63,325 nt of DNA from positions 88,166 through 151,490 of the forward strand of contig MQRK01221508.1 in NCBI GenBank assembly GCA_001938485.1, read 5' to 3'. How positions within the stretch are numbered: the stretch's first letter is position 1; the number at the start of each line of letters is the position of its first letter. Made by a program: the position numbers and the translations under genes. The notes under the pieces are model-generated. The model was not told the DNA's origin. It did not search any database and worked only from the letters and a program-made list of their open reading frames with translations. Of this stretch, positions 53,901-61,250 are shown piece after piece. This DNA is from Girardia tigrina. Its lineage: Eukaryota.

Positions 53901-56900
53901 ACTCCCTCCGTCCGGAAATATGGTATATATTTCAACAGAAATCGTAGATTATCGTGATTATAAAAATAAATTGGCAACTGTCATTACATTGCTATAGTAA
54001 ATACTCATGACAATATAACCTTAAATATTTTACGTAAGCAATATCATTCTTAATTAAACACTTAACGCTCAAACATCTGTGTTTCTTGAGACAAATAAAA
54101 TTAATACCGCTGCAAGACGAGTATAGAAAATTCTGAAGAAAATTTTTTAAACTTAGAAAGAAGGGATTCCAAATATAAACAATTAACCAAAGAACAACGT
54201 CAAGGTATATTAGAAAAATTATTACAGCAGATTAAGGAGAATAAGCTAAAACACGATGCAATCAATGAAGTTGCTACTGCGTTTCGAGTTTCCAGGCCAA
54301 CCGTTAGTAGAATTTGGCTTGAAGCACAAACTCAATACAGAGAAGATAAAATATCTGCCTATGTTTCTTCAAAAAAGAAAGAAAGATGCGGAAGAAAACC
54401 TTAGGACTATTCAAACAATTTAGCGCAAATAAAGAATACACCATTAAATCGACGCGGAACGCTTCGCAGTCTTTCCTTCGCAATTGGTATTCCAAAATCA
54501 ACTTTGTTTGATATATTCAAGACGGGAAAGTATATCAAGAGAATATTTTCTACAGTTAAACCAACTTTAACAGATAAAAATAAAATGGACAGATTGGAGT
54601 TTGCTTGTCTAAAGTAAGTCTTACTATTAATGGAGATTTGCTTTTTGATGATTGGTACGATTACTTTCACATTGATGAAAAGTGGTTTTATCTAACTAAA
54701 GTTAAGCACTCTTATTACTTAATGTTAAACGAAGAAGAACCGGAGAGAAACTACAAAAGTAAAAGATTTATTACGAAAGTAATGTTCATGGCTGCAGTTG
54801 CTCGACCACGGTATGATGCACATCGAAAGCATTATTTTGATGGAAAAATTGGAATATGGCCATTTGTTTATCAAGAACCAGCTCAAAGAAATTCTAAGAA
54901 CAGGGCTAAAGGGACAATAATAACAAAAAATGTGGAATCTGTTACAGCAGTAAATGGCAAAATTATGATCATGGAAAATGTAATTCCCGCAATTAAATCT
55001 AAATTTCCGCCAGCATACAAAAAGAAAACAATTTACGGACAACAAGACAATTCGAAACCCCATTTTTCTGATAATGATGCAGATATTGTCACTCTTGGTT
55101 CTGCTGATGACTGGAATATTAAATTTAAGGCGCAACCAGCAAATAGTCCCGTAGATATATAATCCTATGTTCTCGATTTAAATGTTCTCGATTTAGGTTT
55201 TTTCAACTCCATACAATCGCTGCAACTTGAAGCTTCGCCAAACACAATTGATGAATTAATAAATTGTGTTTAAGATGCATTTCATCAATTAGAAGTAAAT
55301 ACTCTCGATAACGTTTTTACAACATTACAAGCATGTATGGAGTTAATTATGTTAGCAGGTGGAGGAAATTGCTATAAAATACCTCATTTATGTAAAGAAA
55401 AACTTCGTCGCGAAGGTGGACTGCTAGAAATATATGTATGTTCCAAAGAAGCGTACAATAAAGCCAAATCAAATTTCGAGTGAAAAAAATCATTCTTATT
55501 TAATTTAAATGTTTCAAATAAAGTTAATATAATATACTTGTCATGTACATTTTTTGATTTATTTTTTCGCAAATGTATACCATATTTCCGGACAACAAAA
55601 ATCGCTAAAATGTATACCATATTTCCGGAAGGAGGGAGTAAAATTTTGATTTACATTAAAAATTAAATAATACATTCAAAAGTTATTTTAAATCTTTTTA
55701 CTTTAATATTAAATTAAATTATTTTAAATTAGTAATAATCAAAGAAAATACCAATCATCCATCTGTGTAGGAGAGGCACAATCCGAATAAACACACAACA
55801 TGCACAATATCAACCCACAATTCAAAACATTCCTCACAGTGAGTAATAATATTTTAAATCTTAAATAGCAATCATGACAAATAGTGTTATTGAATAAATT
55901 TTGTAACTAAAATCACATCTCTTCATCAAAATATTTTACCGTTTATGATAACATCAGCTTCTGTCGTATCATATCCGAGAAAGTTTGTAGCTAAACAACA
56001 ATATCGACCTGAATCTGTGACCGCACCATCGAGGATAGTAAGATAATAATTGGGAAAATCATCCAGAATTTTTATTCTTTTGCTAAAGATTTTTGGATCT
56101 AAAGTTTCTCCATCTTTCGTCCTATTTTAATTATTAATTAATGTCCAATAATTATGAAAGAAATTAAACATTGCATATTGTGAGATATAATTAATAACTT
56201 TATGATAATTTATAAATAAATTGGGCCTTGTCTTTTTTTCACAATTGTTGAAGAAAGACTTTTTAAAAAACCAAATATAGTGGAATTTTAATTCGTGATA
56301 TTTCAAGATGTTGTTTTATAAAAATTTATAAAAAAATAATAATTCAGTGTGAAAAATACTTTATTGAAAATCTAATTAAACTCGGTGGAAATGATATTAT
56401 TCGCCAAATAGATAAGTCAATGTTTAGATACAAAATAAGTATCACTTTGGCCAAGTCAACAGATTTTAAGTGGGTTTTTGGAATTTTTGTCATCATGAAT
56501 TTACCGGCCAATTAGTATGTTGAACATGTTGAAAATCGTAGAAGAGAAACTTTGTTACCAAAAATTGAACGAGTTTGTAGAGATGGAAGTATTAACTGGA
56601 GTGCTGATTATCAGGAAATTAATAGGCTTAATTTAACACATCAAACTGTAAATCACAGTATGTTTTTTGTTGATTTTTAATAAATTATTAAAAAAAGGTT
56701 TGTAGGGAAAAAAAGACAAAGTCCAATAAACTAACTAAATTAAACTATAAATAATAATGGTTCAAAAATAATTTCAATAAAACTCTATTTAGAATTTACA
56801 ATTTAGATAAATTAAAATATGTAATTAAATATGAAATATTTAAATTTTGTTTGAATAATCGAAAAAACGAGTATTTAATTATCGGATTGTTATAATTTTA

Positions 56901-59615
56901 AGAAGTATTTACGTTATTCCTAATACATATATCAAAAAAATATTTATCCAGATTGTCAATTAAAATTTCTTTTACATTTTTCTTAATTAATTTTTAATAA
57001 TAATATTGTTTACGAATTTATACAATGTAAGAATTGTTTATTACCAAAACATAATACACCCAACTCTTTTTTTGCATGGTAGATACGTTCTTTAGTTGAC
57101 CGTGCAAAAACAAATCGTGTAAAAAAATACCTGTAATACATTTAAATTTAAGGATGCTTACGAAAACTTAAAAAAGTCGCGTAATTTAGAAAAACCCATA
57201 AATATTTCTTTAAAAAGTCGTGCAAAAAAATAATAATAAGATAAATCTTAAGTATAAAAAATATAAAAATCGCCTTTATTACAAAAAATAAAAACTAAAT
57301 TCAAATAAGCACGAAAGAACATTAATATAATGCATGCAAATAAAATTAAAAATCAAAAGTAGAAATTAAACTTTATTTTGAGGCTATTCTTCACTGCTTG
57401 ATAAAAATTCTTGACATTTATTTCCGATCGATCCCAAATTACTTTCGCCGGAAGATATTTCTAACGACTGAAGCACATCCGAATTTTTCACGTAATTGAT
57501 AGATTCTGCTATTGGTTGTCGAATTAAAAAATATGTTATTAACTGCTGCTTTTTCGGCTTTTCAAGTTGCTTATATAACTTTTGATATCAACTTATACAG
57601 AACTGAAGATTGTGCTGAAATTTTAATACGCGCCCCGCGTCAGGATCATGAGTAAAAAAATCTCGAGTTCCACCTAACTGAACATTATCTCATAAAATCA
57701 CACACATCATTAAGCAATTTTGAGTTCCTTCAGCACCCCTCTCAGCATCCGAACTCTGAAATACGGTATGGATTAGTTTAAAGTTGTTGCAGCTTTAGTA
57801 GCTGAAACAAATGGGACAATTATCTTATCTATTTCAATAACATCAATATCTGGTCTAATTATTATGTCACATTTTTTCATGCTTCGTAATCCGATAAACA
57901 TATCTAGAGATATATATGGCATAATATCAAATACATGCTTGGTTAAAATTGGACTAACATTTACCGATAATTTGTAAATTACCGATAAATAGTAATATTT
58001 AAACAACATATAAATTCCTATTTTTGAATAATTTCTATTTTTTATTCATTTTTTAATAATTATCATAAATGATAATATAACAGTAGTGCACCTTATGGAG
58101 AGGTTTCACTGTACATCGATTTTAATTAATCTGAACTTTTTAAACTTACTATTTTGGTTTATTTTAATCATTAATATTTTTTTTTTACTTTTGATGTTTT
58201 GTATTTTTATGTACTTTTCTTTTTGACAATTATTTAATTTAGTTGGTTTTTTAAAAATCCTATTTTTAAGTTTTTTTTAGTTTTAAACTTTAAACATTCT
58301 TTATGTTTTTACATAAATATTTAATTTTTACTAGAATTTTAAATTAAATATTTTTATAAATTATTTGGGGAGTTAAAAATTTTAACTAACTCTTCATAAA
58401 AATTATACTCTAAGTTTTTAAATTTTTTAGAATCTCGATCATCAAAACGAAAGTTAACTATAAGTAGTATGAATTGAGATTAATGTGATAGTTAAAAATA
58501 AAAGTTGATTATATATGTCTTCATTATTTTCTTATTTATTGAAAAATCTGAAATGTAATGCTGTCATTATTACAGCCAAAAATTAAGTGAAGATTGCCAA
58601 TGCAAAGGTAACTCCAATCCAACTACCAGTGAAAGTTTTTAACACAACCAATCAAATACGATTTTGTAGCACTATTATTTCCAAAAATATATACATATAT
58701 AAAAATATATACAAAAAAATAGATACACTCCAAATATAGCGGATTTAACTAGTTATAACTTGCAAACTAATACATATGATTACTGAATATACTCTTTGAT
58801 CCTTAGCACTTTGGGCCATGGGTGCACCAAATTATTCACAAACATTTTGTGTTTTGGTTTTTATATATTTTTGAGTGTATCAGTATGCAAGTAACCTGGT
58901 GGCGTCTATCTCCTCTCAGGTATGAATGGCCGTTGATTCCAAGGAGCTCATCCACTCTTTGTCAGGTTTTATTTTTCATTCTGCTAGGTGTCCACACACC
59001 GGCTGAGAGAGCCGGTTTAGTCACCATCCATTGGATCATGAGTCAGAAGTACATGTTTATATAGTACCTGTTGCTGTGGTGTTTGCTGACCTGACTTGAA
59101 TAGTCAATAGCCCCGTATATTACCAATCGTTCAACCATTTAAGTACAAATGCGGTCGTTGGTTGCTTAACTTCGGAAATTGGACGGTAACCGGTGTACAA
59201 AACTGCGGCCATTGACTATCTGAATAAATAGAAACCTGTTAAAAGTCATTTTTCCGATCGGAAATATGGACAAATAAGAATCAATGTAATTTGAGCGCTA
59301 AATTAAAACCAAATTATATTTAAGATCCTAAACAGTAAATCTTAGTAAATTTGCTCTTTTCTAGTATAAAAAATAATATAATTATACATAAAAGTAACAT
59401 TTTAAATATTAACGTATCAGTTAGTAACAGTGAAATTAGGAAATATTCTAAATTTATTAATATAAATAATGATTGTTTAAGTTCAAATCACTCACCAAAG
59501 TATTTTAGGTTTAGGATCACTCATAATTCGACAATTGAGGCGAATATTTTCTTTGGTACCAACATCAACATTTGTGAGTTTCTTGGTGAACATTGGTGCA
59601 ATGCAACAAGACTCT
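4999..59615 (-). CDS. unc-89: Multi-exon giant sarcomeric protein gene of the UNC-89/obscurin/SPEG family (Ig, 8x Fn3, 2x Ig, kinase-1, linker, Ig, Fn3, kinase-2); 24 exons, about 2,080 aa, 5' end not identified in the window
   Basis: Manual splicing gives a continuous frame with GT-AG introns and matching phases: 59496-59615, 55940-56121, 49512-49562, 47607-49463, 43157-43537, 40655-40984, 38080-38214, 35493-35630, 35158-35442, 35026-35104, 34743-34940, 26314-26452, 26072-26271, 25901-26020, 24713-24839, 24496-24662, 23306-23412, 22838-23263, 16467-16628, 16235-16406, 12553-13019, 8670-8745, 8434-8625, 4999-5137 (TGA). Ig-PK1-linker-Ig-Fn3-PK2 is the C-terminal layout of UNC-89/obscurin; orthology is inferred from architecture only. 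Confidence 0.85.
6319..6743 (+). mobile_element. Solo LTR of the Gypsy family at 51150-55838
   Basis: Aligns along its length with 55838-55641 plus 53900-53687 (minus strand). Confidence 0.85.
7139..7780 (+). mobile_element. MULE/Mutator fragment; related non-autonomous copy near 10255-11170
   Basis: Inverted CGACACTTTATCAC ends; FPIQKW...RTTNIIER*H...HPPTLW transposase C-terminus. Confidence 0.7.
8434..8625 (-). CDS. obscurin-like exon, kinase-2 C-lobe
   Basis: FSKGARKFVHNSLKKNP. Confidence 0.82.
8670..8745 (-). CDS. obscurin-like exon, kinase-2 APE/DIWSLG
   Basis: APEF...TDIWSLGVLTFL. Confidence 0.9.
9421..9462 (+). ncRNA. Minimal type I hammerhead ribozyme motif
   Basis: ATTG-CTGATGA-T-GATGT(ATGTAA)ACATC-GAAACATGTC-CAAT. 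Confidence 0.75.
9600..9641 (-). ncRNA. Minimal type I hammerhead ribozyme motif
   Basis: Exact reverse complement of 9421-9462. Confidence 0.75.
10176..10217 (+). ncRNA. Minimal hammerhead motif, GUU cleavage-triplet variant
   Basis: Same as 9421-9462 except GTC to GTT. Confidence 0.65.
11458..11857. mobile_element. TA-flanked MITE spanning a gap
   Basis: TIRs ACGGATAACAT.AAATAGTAGG; internal AATAGTAGGTG repeats. Confidence 0.65.
11862..12085 (+). mobile_element. Penelope-like element 3' end, second family
   Basis: NFDHNYERTITEALLIKFYKPSLNVQ...RVF* followed by a hammerhead motif. Confidence 0.78.
12036..12073 (+). ncRNA. Minimal hammerhead motif
   Basis: GAA-CTGAAGA-T-GCCAC(AAAA)GTGGC-GAAACATGTT-TTC. 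Confidence 0.7.
12553..13019 (-). CDS. obscurin-like exon, kinase-2 (pseudokinase) core
   Basis: EYVPGGNLL...IRQLLETVQFLHSNNIVHANIDPSNIL...IKLIGLE. Confidence 0.92.
14144..14335 (+). repeat. TGTGAGGAAT-family LTR fragment
   Basis: High similarity to 6319-6510 and 55641-55838. Confidence 0.8.
14720..15200 (-). mobile_element. Old mariner transposase fragment
   Basis: MVQKAF...LSRKRSFE*HKSFK and FVKRIITGDKSW. Confidence 0.65.
16235..16406 (-). CDS. obscurin-like exon, linker into kinase-2
   Basis: atttag/gtaaac, open frame, phase 1 to phase 2. Confidence 0.75.
16467..16628 (-). CDS. obscurin-like exon, end of Fn3
   Basis: WKTI...FIARIIAQNKYGYSSYS. Confidence 0.88.
17285..17656 (-). CDS. Unrecognised 123-aa cargo ORF of element copy 1
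   Basis: Open frame ending LSKIFWRHGFLS through the element terminus; no recognisable domain. Confidence 0.45.
   Translation of the reverse strand: MTKIIKMWEKFGQEVKGQYKDEQLKVICSANLKLMSEFIITSIKSALSLEVFPANKDACHHFLGWDIATFELRKRDGFPMNILFNKMKSTCQPTCTMKNNSFLSKIFWRHGFLSTQINPINIF
17314..18304 (-). mobile_element. Cargo-bearing TG...CA element (solo-LTR-like or Pack-type), copy 1
   Basis: Read on the minus strand, ends are TGGAGCGGAGAATTGCC... and ...TGGAGACACGGCTTCCTGTCCA; 5-bp TSD ctggg at 17309-17313 and 18305-18309; carries ORF 17285-17656. Confidence 0.85.
18316..19693 (+). mobile_element. Near full-length mariner (DD34D) transposon; transposase inactivated
   Basis: About 30-bp TIRs ttaggttggtcgaaaaataatggcggtttt flanked by TA; WVPHDL, TCDEKW, HDKARPH, YSPDLSPTD; in-frame TGA at 19091-19093 and a frameshift near 19475. 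Confidence 0.95.
21325..21645 (-). mobile_element. Penelope-like element 3' end, decayed
   Basis: SNIAEHRKTC...DFKI...INVQ...GVFN* followed by a degenerate hammerhead. Confidence 0.65.
22838..23263 (-). CDS. obscurin-like exon, Ig domain plus start of Fn3
   Basis: FTVPLKD...LTC...SWYRN...DVGIYRCVA...PSQP...LLKWKP. Confidence 0.92.
23306..23412 (-). CDS. obscurin-like exon, inter-kinase linker
   Basis: needed to convert phase 2 to phase 1; open frame YESCDQSG...SNTTK. Confidence 0.7.
24496..24662 (-). CDS. obscurin-like exon, Ser-rich inter-kinase linker
   Basis: tttacag/gtaag; open frame VPNFPTEM...SSRASSASRDG. Confidence 0.75.
24713..24839 (-). CDS. obscurin-like exon, end of kinase-1
   Basis: RRL...NHEWF (R and HxW of subdomain XI). 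Confidence 0.8.
25420..25846 (-). mobile_element. Penelope-like element 3' end with inverted duplication
   Basis: HERIVAEALLKPCLNVQSELSNHIKIF* on minus, mirrored by HDRIVTEALL on plus; inverted flanks 25420-25496 and 25763-25846. Confidence 0.78.
25901..26020 (-). CDS. obscurin-like exon, kinase-1 C-lobe
   Basis: ISNFASDFVKKCLV. Confidence 0.8.
26072..26271 (-). CDS. obscurin-like exon, kinase-1 activation segment
   Basis: PENII...VKLCGFS...FSAPELL...SDIWSIGILTFL. Confidence 0.92.
26314..26452 (-). CDS. obscurin-like exon, kinase-1 catalytic loop
   Basis: IHQLIQAAAHLHHHGISHLDIK. Confidence 0.9.
26810..28458 (-). mobile_element. pogo/Tigger-like transposon, decayed
   Basis: TIRs CCGTGTTTCGCACAATATAAGACAC; MDET, IWDSAST, IPSGMTAYLQSLD motifs. 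Confidence 0.9.
29104..29790 (-). mobile_element. Gypsy gag fragment with primer-binding site
   Basis: PBS TGGCGACCAC at 29692-29701; gag-like FDGKADNAEKWL...LLRGDCRLLW...QRHDE...GIHNDKLR. Confidence 0.8.
31319..31753 (+). pseudogene. Gene-like N/S/Q-rich first-exon fragment antisense to the host intron
   Basis: ATG-initiated 119-aa ORF with higher GC; frame stays open after the TAA up to a CCG|gtaggt donor. Confidence 0.4.
31862..32435 (-). mobile_element. pogo-like internally deleted fragment with one TIR
   Basis: TA-CCGTGTTCGCCC end at 32435; RKNFTIEFKL N-terminus; LEDILVEWI fused directly to NKSFKDYLKE. Confidence 0.7.
32586..33206 (+). mobile_element. Non-LTR retroelement derivative with C2H2 zinc fingers and a structured GC-rich tail
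   Basis: 15-bp direct repeat acctgtatttttaaa at 32571-32585 and 33207-33221; KPFKCTKCSKGYKTKGWFTMHLRKDH and FKCPFRGC. Confidence 0.72.
34672..34724. repeat. (AAT)n microsatellite; (TA)n tracts also near 1836, 9180, 13123, 19970-20095 and 38900
   Basis: Direct inspection. Confidence 0.95.
34743..34940 (-). CDS. obscurin-like exon, kinase-1 N-lobe
   Basis: KGSYSTC...FIGKF...NSEF...NIVEIFDA...LVLVYE; tttcag/gtaagt. Confidence 0.88.
35026..35104 (-). CDS. obscurin-like exon, start of kinase-1
   Basis: AQPERKSVQINEGDINDRYYTMRKLTK; phases consistent. Confidence 0.75.
35158..35442 (-). CDS. obscurin-like exon, I-set Ig domain preceding kinase-1
   Basis: APTF...PPPEVVW...DSGEYSIRAENAAG. Confidence 0.92.
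35493..35630 (-). CDS. obscurin-like exon, Ig domain C-half
   Basis: KYKI...VKNLEAEDFGEYCA. Confidence 0.8.
35973..37135 (-). mobile_element. Mariner transposon whose interior falls in an assembly gap
   Basis: Perfect TIRs ttaggttgttcgatatgaaacgggtcaaa flanked by TA; minus-strand CVDN..GYFD* transposase end next to the left TIR. Confidence 0.85.
37426..37940 (-). mobile_element. hAT (Charlie/SPIN-like) 3' end
   Basis: TIR CAGGGGTCTCCAAACT; SMFGETYFCEQIFSKMKYIKSKYRTSLSD dimerisation motif. Confidence 0.8.
38080..38214 (-). CDS. obscurin-like exon, divergent Ig domain N-half
   Basis: ttttag/gtaatt; DRPSTTSEVFCCLSQNAELKF...IYWTFNKSEI. Confidence 0.75.
38410..38700 (+). mobile_element. Old mariner N-terminal HTH fragment
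   Basis: YEF...EVFGEHVVT..SVQLYVKQFRKGDHNL, similar to the element at 18316. Confidence 0.6.
38714..39095. mobile_element. Mutator-like MITE with 9-bp TSD
   Basis: TSD ttacttaac at 38705-38713 and 39096-39104; imperfect TIRs containing AATTCGACAC repeats. Confidence 0.75.
40655..40984 (-). CDS. obscurin-like exon, Fn3 domain
   Basis: LSWTPP...LDPNMNYQLRIVPVTDFGRGKPS; attcag/gtaat. Confidence 0.9.
41653..42954 (+). mobile_element. Cargo-bearing TG...CA element, copy 2 (SEC22 cargo)
   Basis: Ends TGGAGCGGAAATTAGCC... and ...TGGAGACACGGCTTCCTGTCCA; 5-bp TSD aatgt at 41648-41652 and 42955-42959. Confidence 0.87.
42405..42968 (+). CDS. SEC22: Intronless SEC22-like longin R-SNARE copy lacking the transmembrane anchor (captured gene or retrocopy)
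   Basis: MILLT...LAASMQEDE...KKVAFAFL...SRPYAFIEFD...VQRIIVKNINDVIQRGESLSDLD...SSLSK matches recalled SEC22B longin and SNARE motifs; the C-terminus is replaced by element-terminal WRHGFLS. Confidence 0.85.
   Translation: MILLTNLKINDAMVLAASMQEDEKIKSLNNHQNQVKPLFKKMTNLYYSISSIESDLYMFHDLIDREICCIILTKKEFSKKVAFAFLIVIIGEFHNKYGSKFEIASRPYAFIEFDKDIQNSQNKYTVTRTPITFTQINSNLNVQRIIVKNINDVIQRGESLSDLDDESTDSSSLSKTWRHGFLSKCVE
43157..43537 (-). CDS. obscurin-like exon, Fn3 domain
   Basis: VIEWTEP...YEVQY...YMFRIIASNQFGSGIPS; ttcag/gtaag. Confidence 0.9.
47607..49463 (-). CDS. obscurin-like large exon encoding about six tandem fibronectin type III domains
   Basis: ORF 47572-49572; repeated LxW...YxIE...W...Y/FRVxAxNxxG signatures. 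Confidence 0.9.
49512..49562 (-). CDS. obscurin-like 51-nt acidic linker exon
   Basis: ttttag / gtaag; ENDDKDDKFEDNSNLIL. Confidence 0.7.
   Translation of the reverse strand, partial: KMTIKMINSRIIRILY
51150..55838 (-). mobile_element. Ty3/Gypsy LTR retrotransposon, 3'-truncated: 5' LTR (split by mariner), PBS, gag, protease, RT, start of RNase H
   Basis: LTR starts TGTGAGGAAT at 55838; PBS TGGCGACCAC near 53677-53686; LLDISA protease; CVDFRQLN, DLGNAYYQ, MPFG, YLDD; FTLDTDAS; many frameshifts. Confidence 0.9.
53902..55638 (+). mobile_element. Plant-type (DD39D, Stowaway-TIR) mariner-like transposon, decayed, nested in an LTR
   Basis: TIRs CTCCCTCCGTCCGGAAATATGGTATA flanked by TA; IDEKWF, KVMFMAAVARPR, GKIGIWPF, QQDNSKPH, QPANSP..NVLDLGFF. 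Confidence 0.92.
55940..56121 (-). CDS. obscurin-like exon, second half of Ig domain
   Basis: W-TKDGETL...LTILDGAVTDSGRYCCLATNFLG; DxGxYxC motif; phase matches previous exon. Confidence 0.9.
56223..56724 (+). mobile_element. Merlin (IS1016-like) transposon deletion derivative
   Basis: GG-terminal TIRs ggg(c)cttgtcttttttt, 8-bp TSD aataaatt/aataaact; LGG..QIDKSMF, KWVFG, TLLPKI, HQTVNHSMFFVD. Confidence 0.82.
59103..59216 (-). pseudogene. 5S rRNA-derived sequence (pseudogene or SINE3 head)
   Basis: GTCAATGGCC...ACACCGGTT.CCGTCC...CCGAAGTTAAGC...GTACTT..ATGG...GCTATTGAC; terminal helix pairs; no oligo-T terminator follows. Confidence 0.75.
59496..59615 (-). CDS. obscurin-like exon, first half of I-set Ig domain
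   Basis: tgcag acceptor, gtgag donor; ESCCIAPMFTKKLTNVDVGTKENIRLNCRIMSDPKPKILW. Confidence 0.85.
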
Positions 59616-59855
59616 CTGCAAAAATAAATGACATTAAAATAATTACGTATGATGCAATGAAGACATCATGAATCATAGGAAAAATGAACAAATGAAAACC
59701 CTATTTATGTATATCTTTCAAGTTGACAAACAATAAGGAAATTGTATTTTGTTCTTTTTAATAATTTAATGCTTTACTCAATTTCTTTAAAAATATGTTC
59801 ATTAATTTTCTGTGGTAAAATAGTTTTTTAAAAAAAAGAATAAAAAAATAAAATG

Positions 59856-60756
59856 TGGAGTGGAAATTAATCGTTTGACTGAACATTTGCCAGTTTGAAA
59901 AAAATTATTATAAATAAATTAAACAAATATTTTGCCATTTAAATAAATAATTAAAAGAGAGTAAAAAAGTTTTAAACAAATAAAATAAAGTAAATTAAAT
60001 AATTAAGTAAATAAGATTAAATTAAAATAAGTAAAAAGAAATTAAAAATTAAATAACCAGTTAAATTAACGAATTAAATAAATTAAAATAAATAATAACC
60101 AGTATATTTTTGATGTTTGAGTGAGCTGAATTTTGTTTGAAATGTGTTATTGAGAATTCTCTTACAAAAACAACACGACAACCTCTCGCTGATCTCATCA
60201 ACTATTTCTTAATCAATTCTGCAACTGTAGAAATATATCGATTACAATTCGAATAATGGTAAGTGATAATCAGGTAATTGAAATGTGTGAGTTTTTGAAT
60301 TGACCAATGAATTTGAAGTCATTATTGCGTGTGTCTGTTATATGTTTGTGTGTGTAATTGGAATTAAAGAGAATGGTTGGTTGAAGTGTACGTGCTTGTG
60401 TGTCTTTGTAATTGATTAAATGATCAAGATCACAATTAAAAAAAAGTTTATTTAAATGAGATAAAACAATGTTTAAAAAATAAATCGGTTCGTTTTTGGG
60501 AAAATTTCGAGTTCAATTATTGTGCGAAGGAAGTTTGTAAAATTAATGCAAATAAAATGTGTAAAAAGTGTTCAATGTTATGTTTCATCATAATAAAAAT
60601 ATTTTTTTATATTCTGTATCAATTCGTCAACTAATCAAAAAATATTATAAAAATGATTAAATCTCCTTACAACTCTTTGATAAATAATAATCCAGTAAAT
60701 GAAATTGTTTCGAATTATCCGATTAATTCAAATGTGGAGGCACGATTTCCTATCCA
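59856..60756 (+). mobile_element. Cargo-bearing TG...CA element, copy 3 (decayed Cys-rich cargo)
   Basis: Ends TGGAGTGGAAATT...TTTGACTGAACATTTGCCAGTTT and TGGAGGCACGATTTCCTATCCA; 5-bp TSD aaatg at 59851-59855 and 60757-60761. Confidence 0.82.
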
Positions 60757-61250
60757 AAATGTTTTATTTTAAATTAAAAAAAATTTTCTTTACATATTGC
60801 TTTTTGGAAGAACAGATGAGGTAACCTCAAAAAATTTAGATAAAATCTTATCTTTTCTTAATGTGGCTCATTGTATTAAACAGATGTCCAGACTAAAGAT
60901 ATTCTTGGAGATATTTTATCATAAAGGTTCAATCAAGTGTTCTTTAAAAATAATTGTTCTTAATTCAACAAATTTTTAACTCGGATATGCAATTAGTTAG
61001 CAGATTGAATTATAGAACAGGATAGAAGCAACTCTGTTTAGCTTGAAAAGTTCCAACGATACTGACTAGTTTCTTAACTGGTAAAATCAATATATAAGGG
61101 ATTCAAGTAAGACAATATGTTTCAAGAAAACAATCTCATTACCAGATGTACAATGTACATCATTTATTTAAATAGTATATTATACAGAAACACAATAATT
61201 AAAGAACATTAAACCAATAAATTATCGGATTAAAATATATGTTTAATTTA

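Noticed and set aside
60797-60979. Possible piggyBac fragment (IKQMSR..FLEI)
   Set aside because: Single weak motif with no TIR or TTAA evidence.
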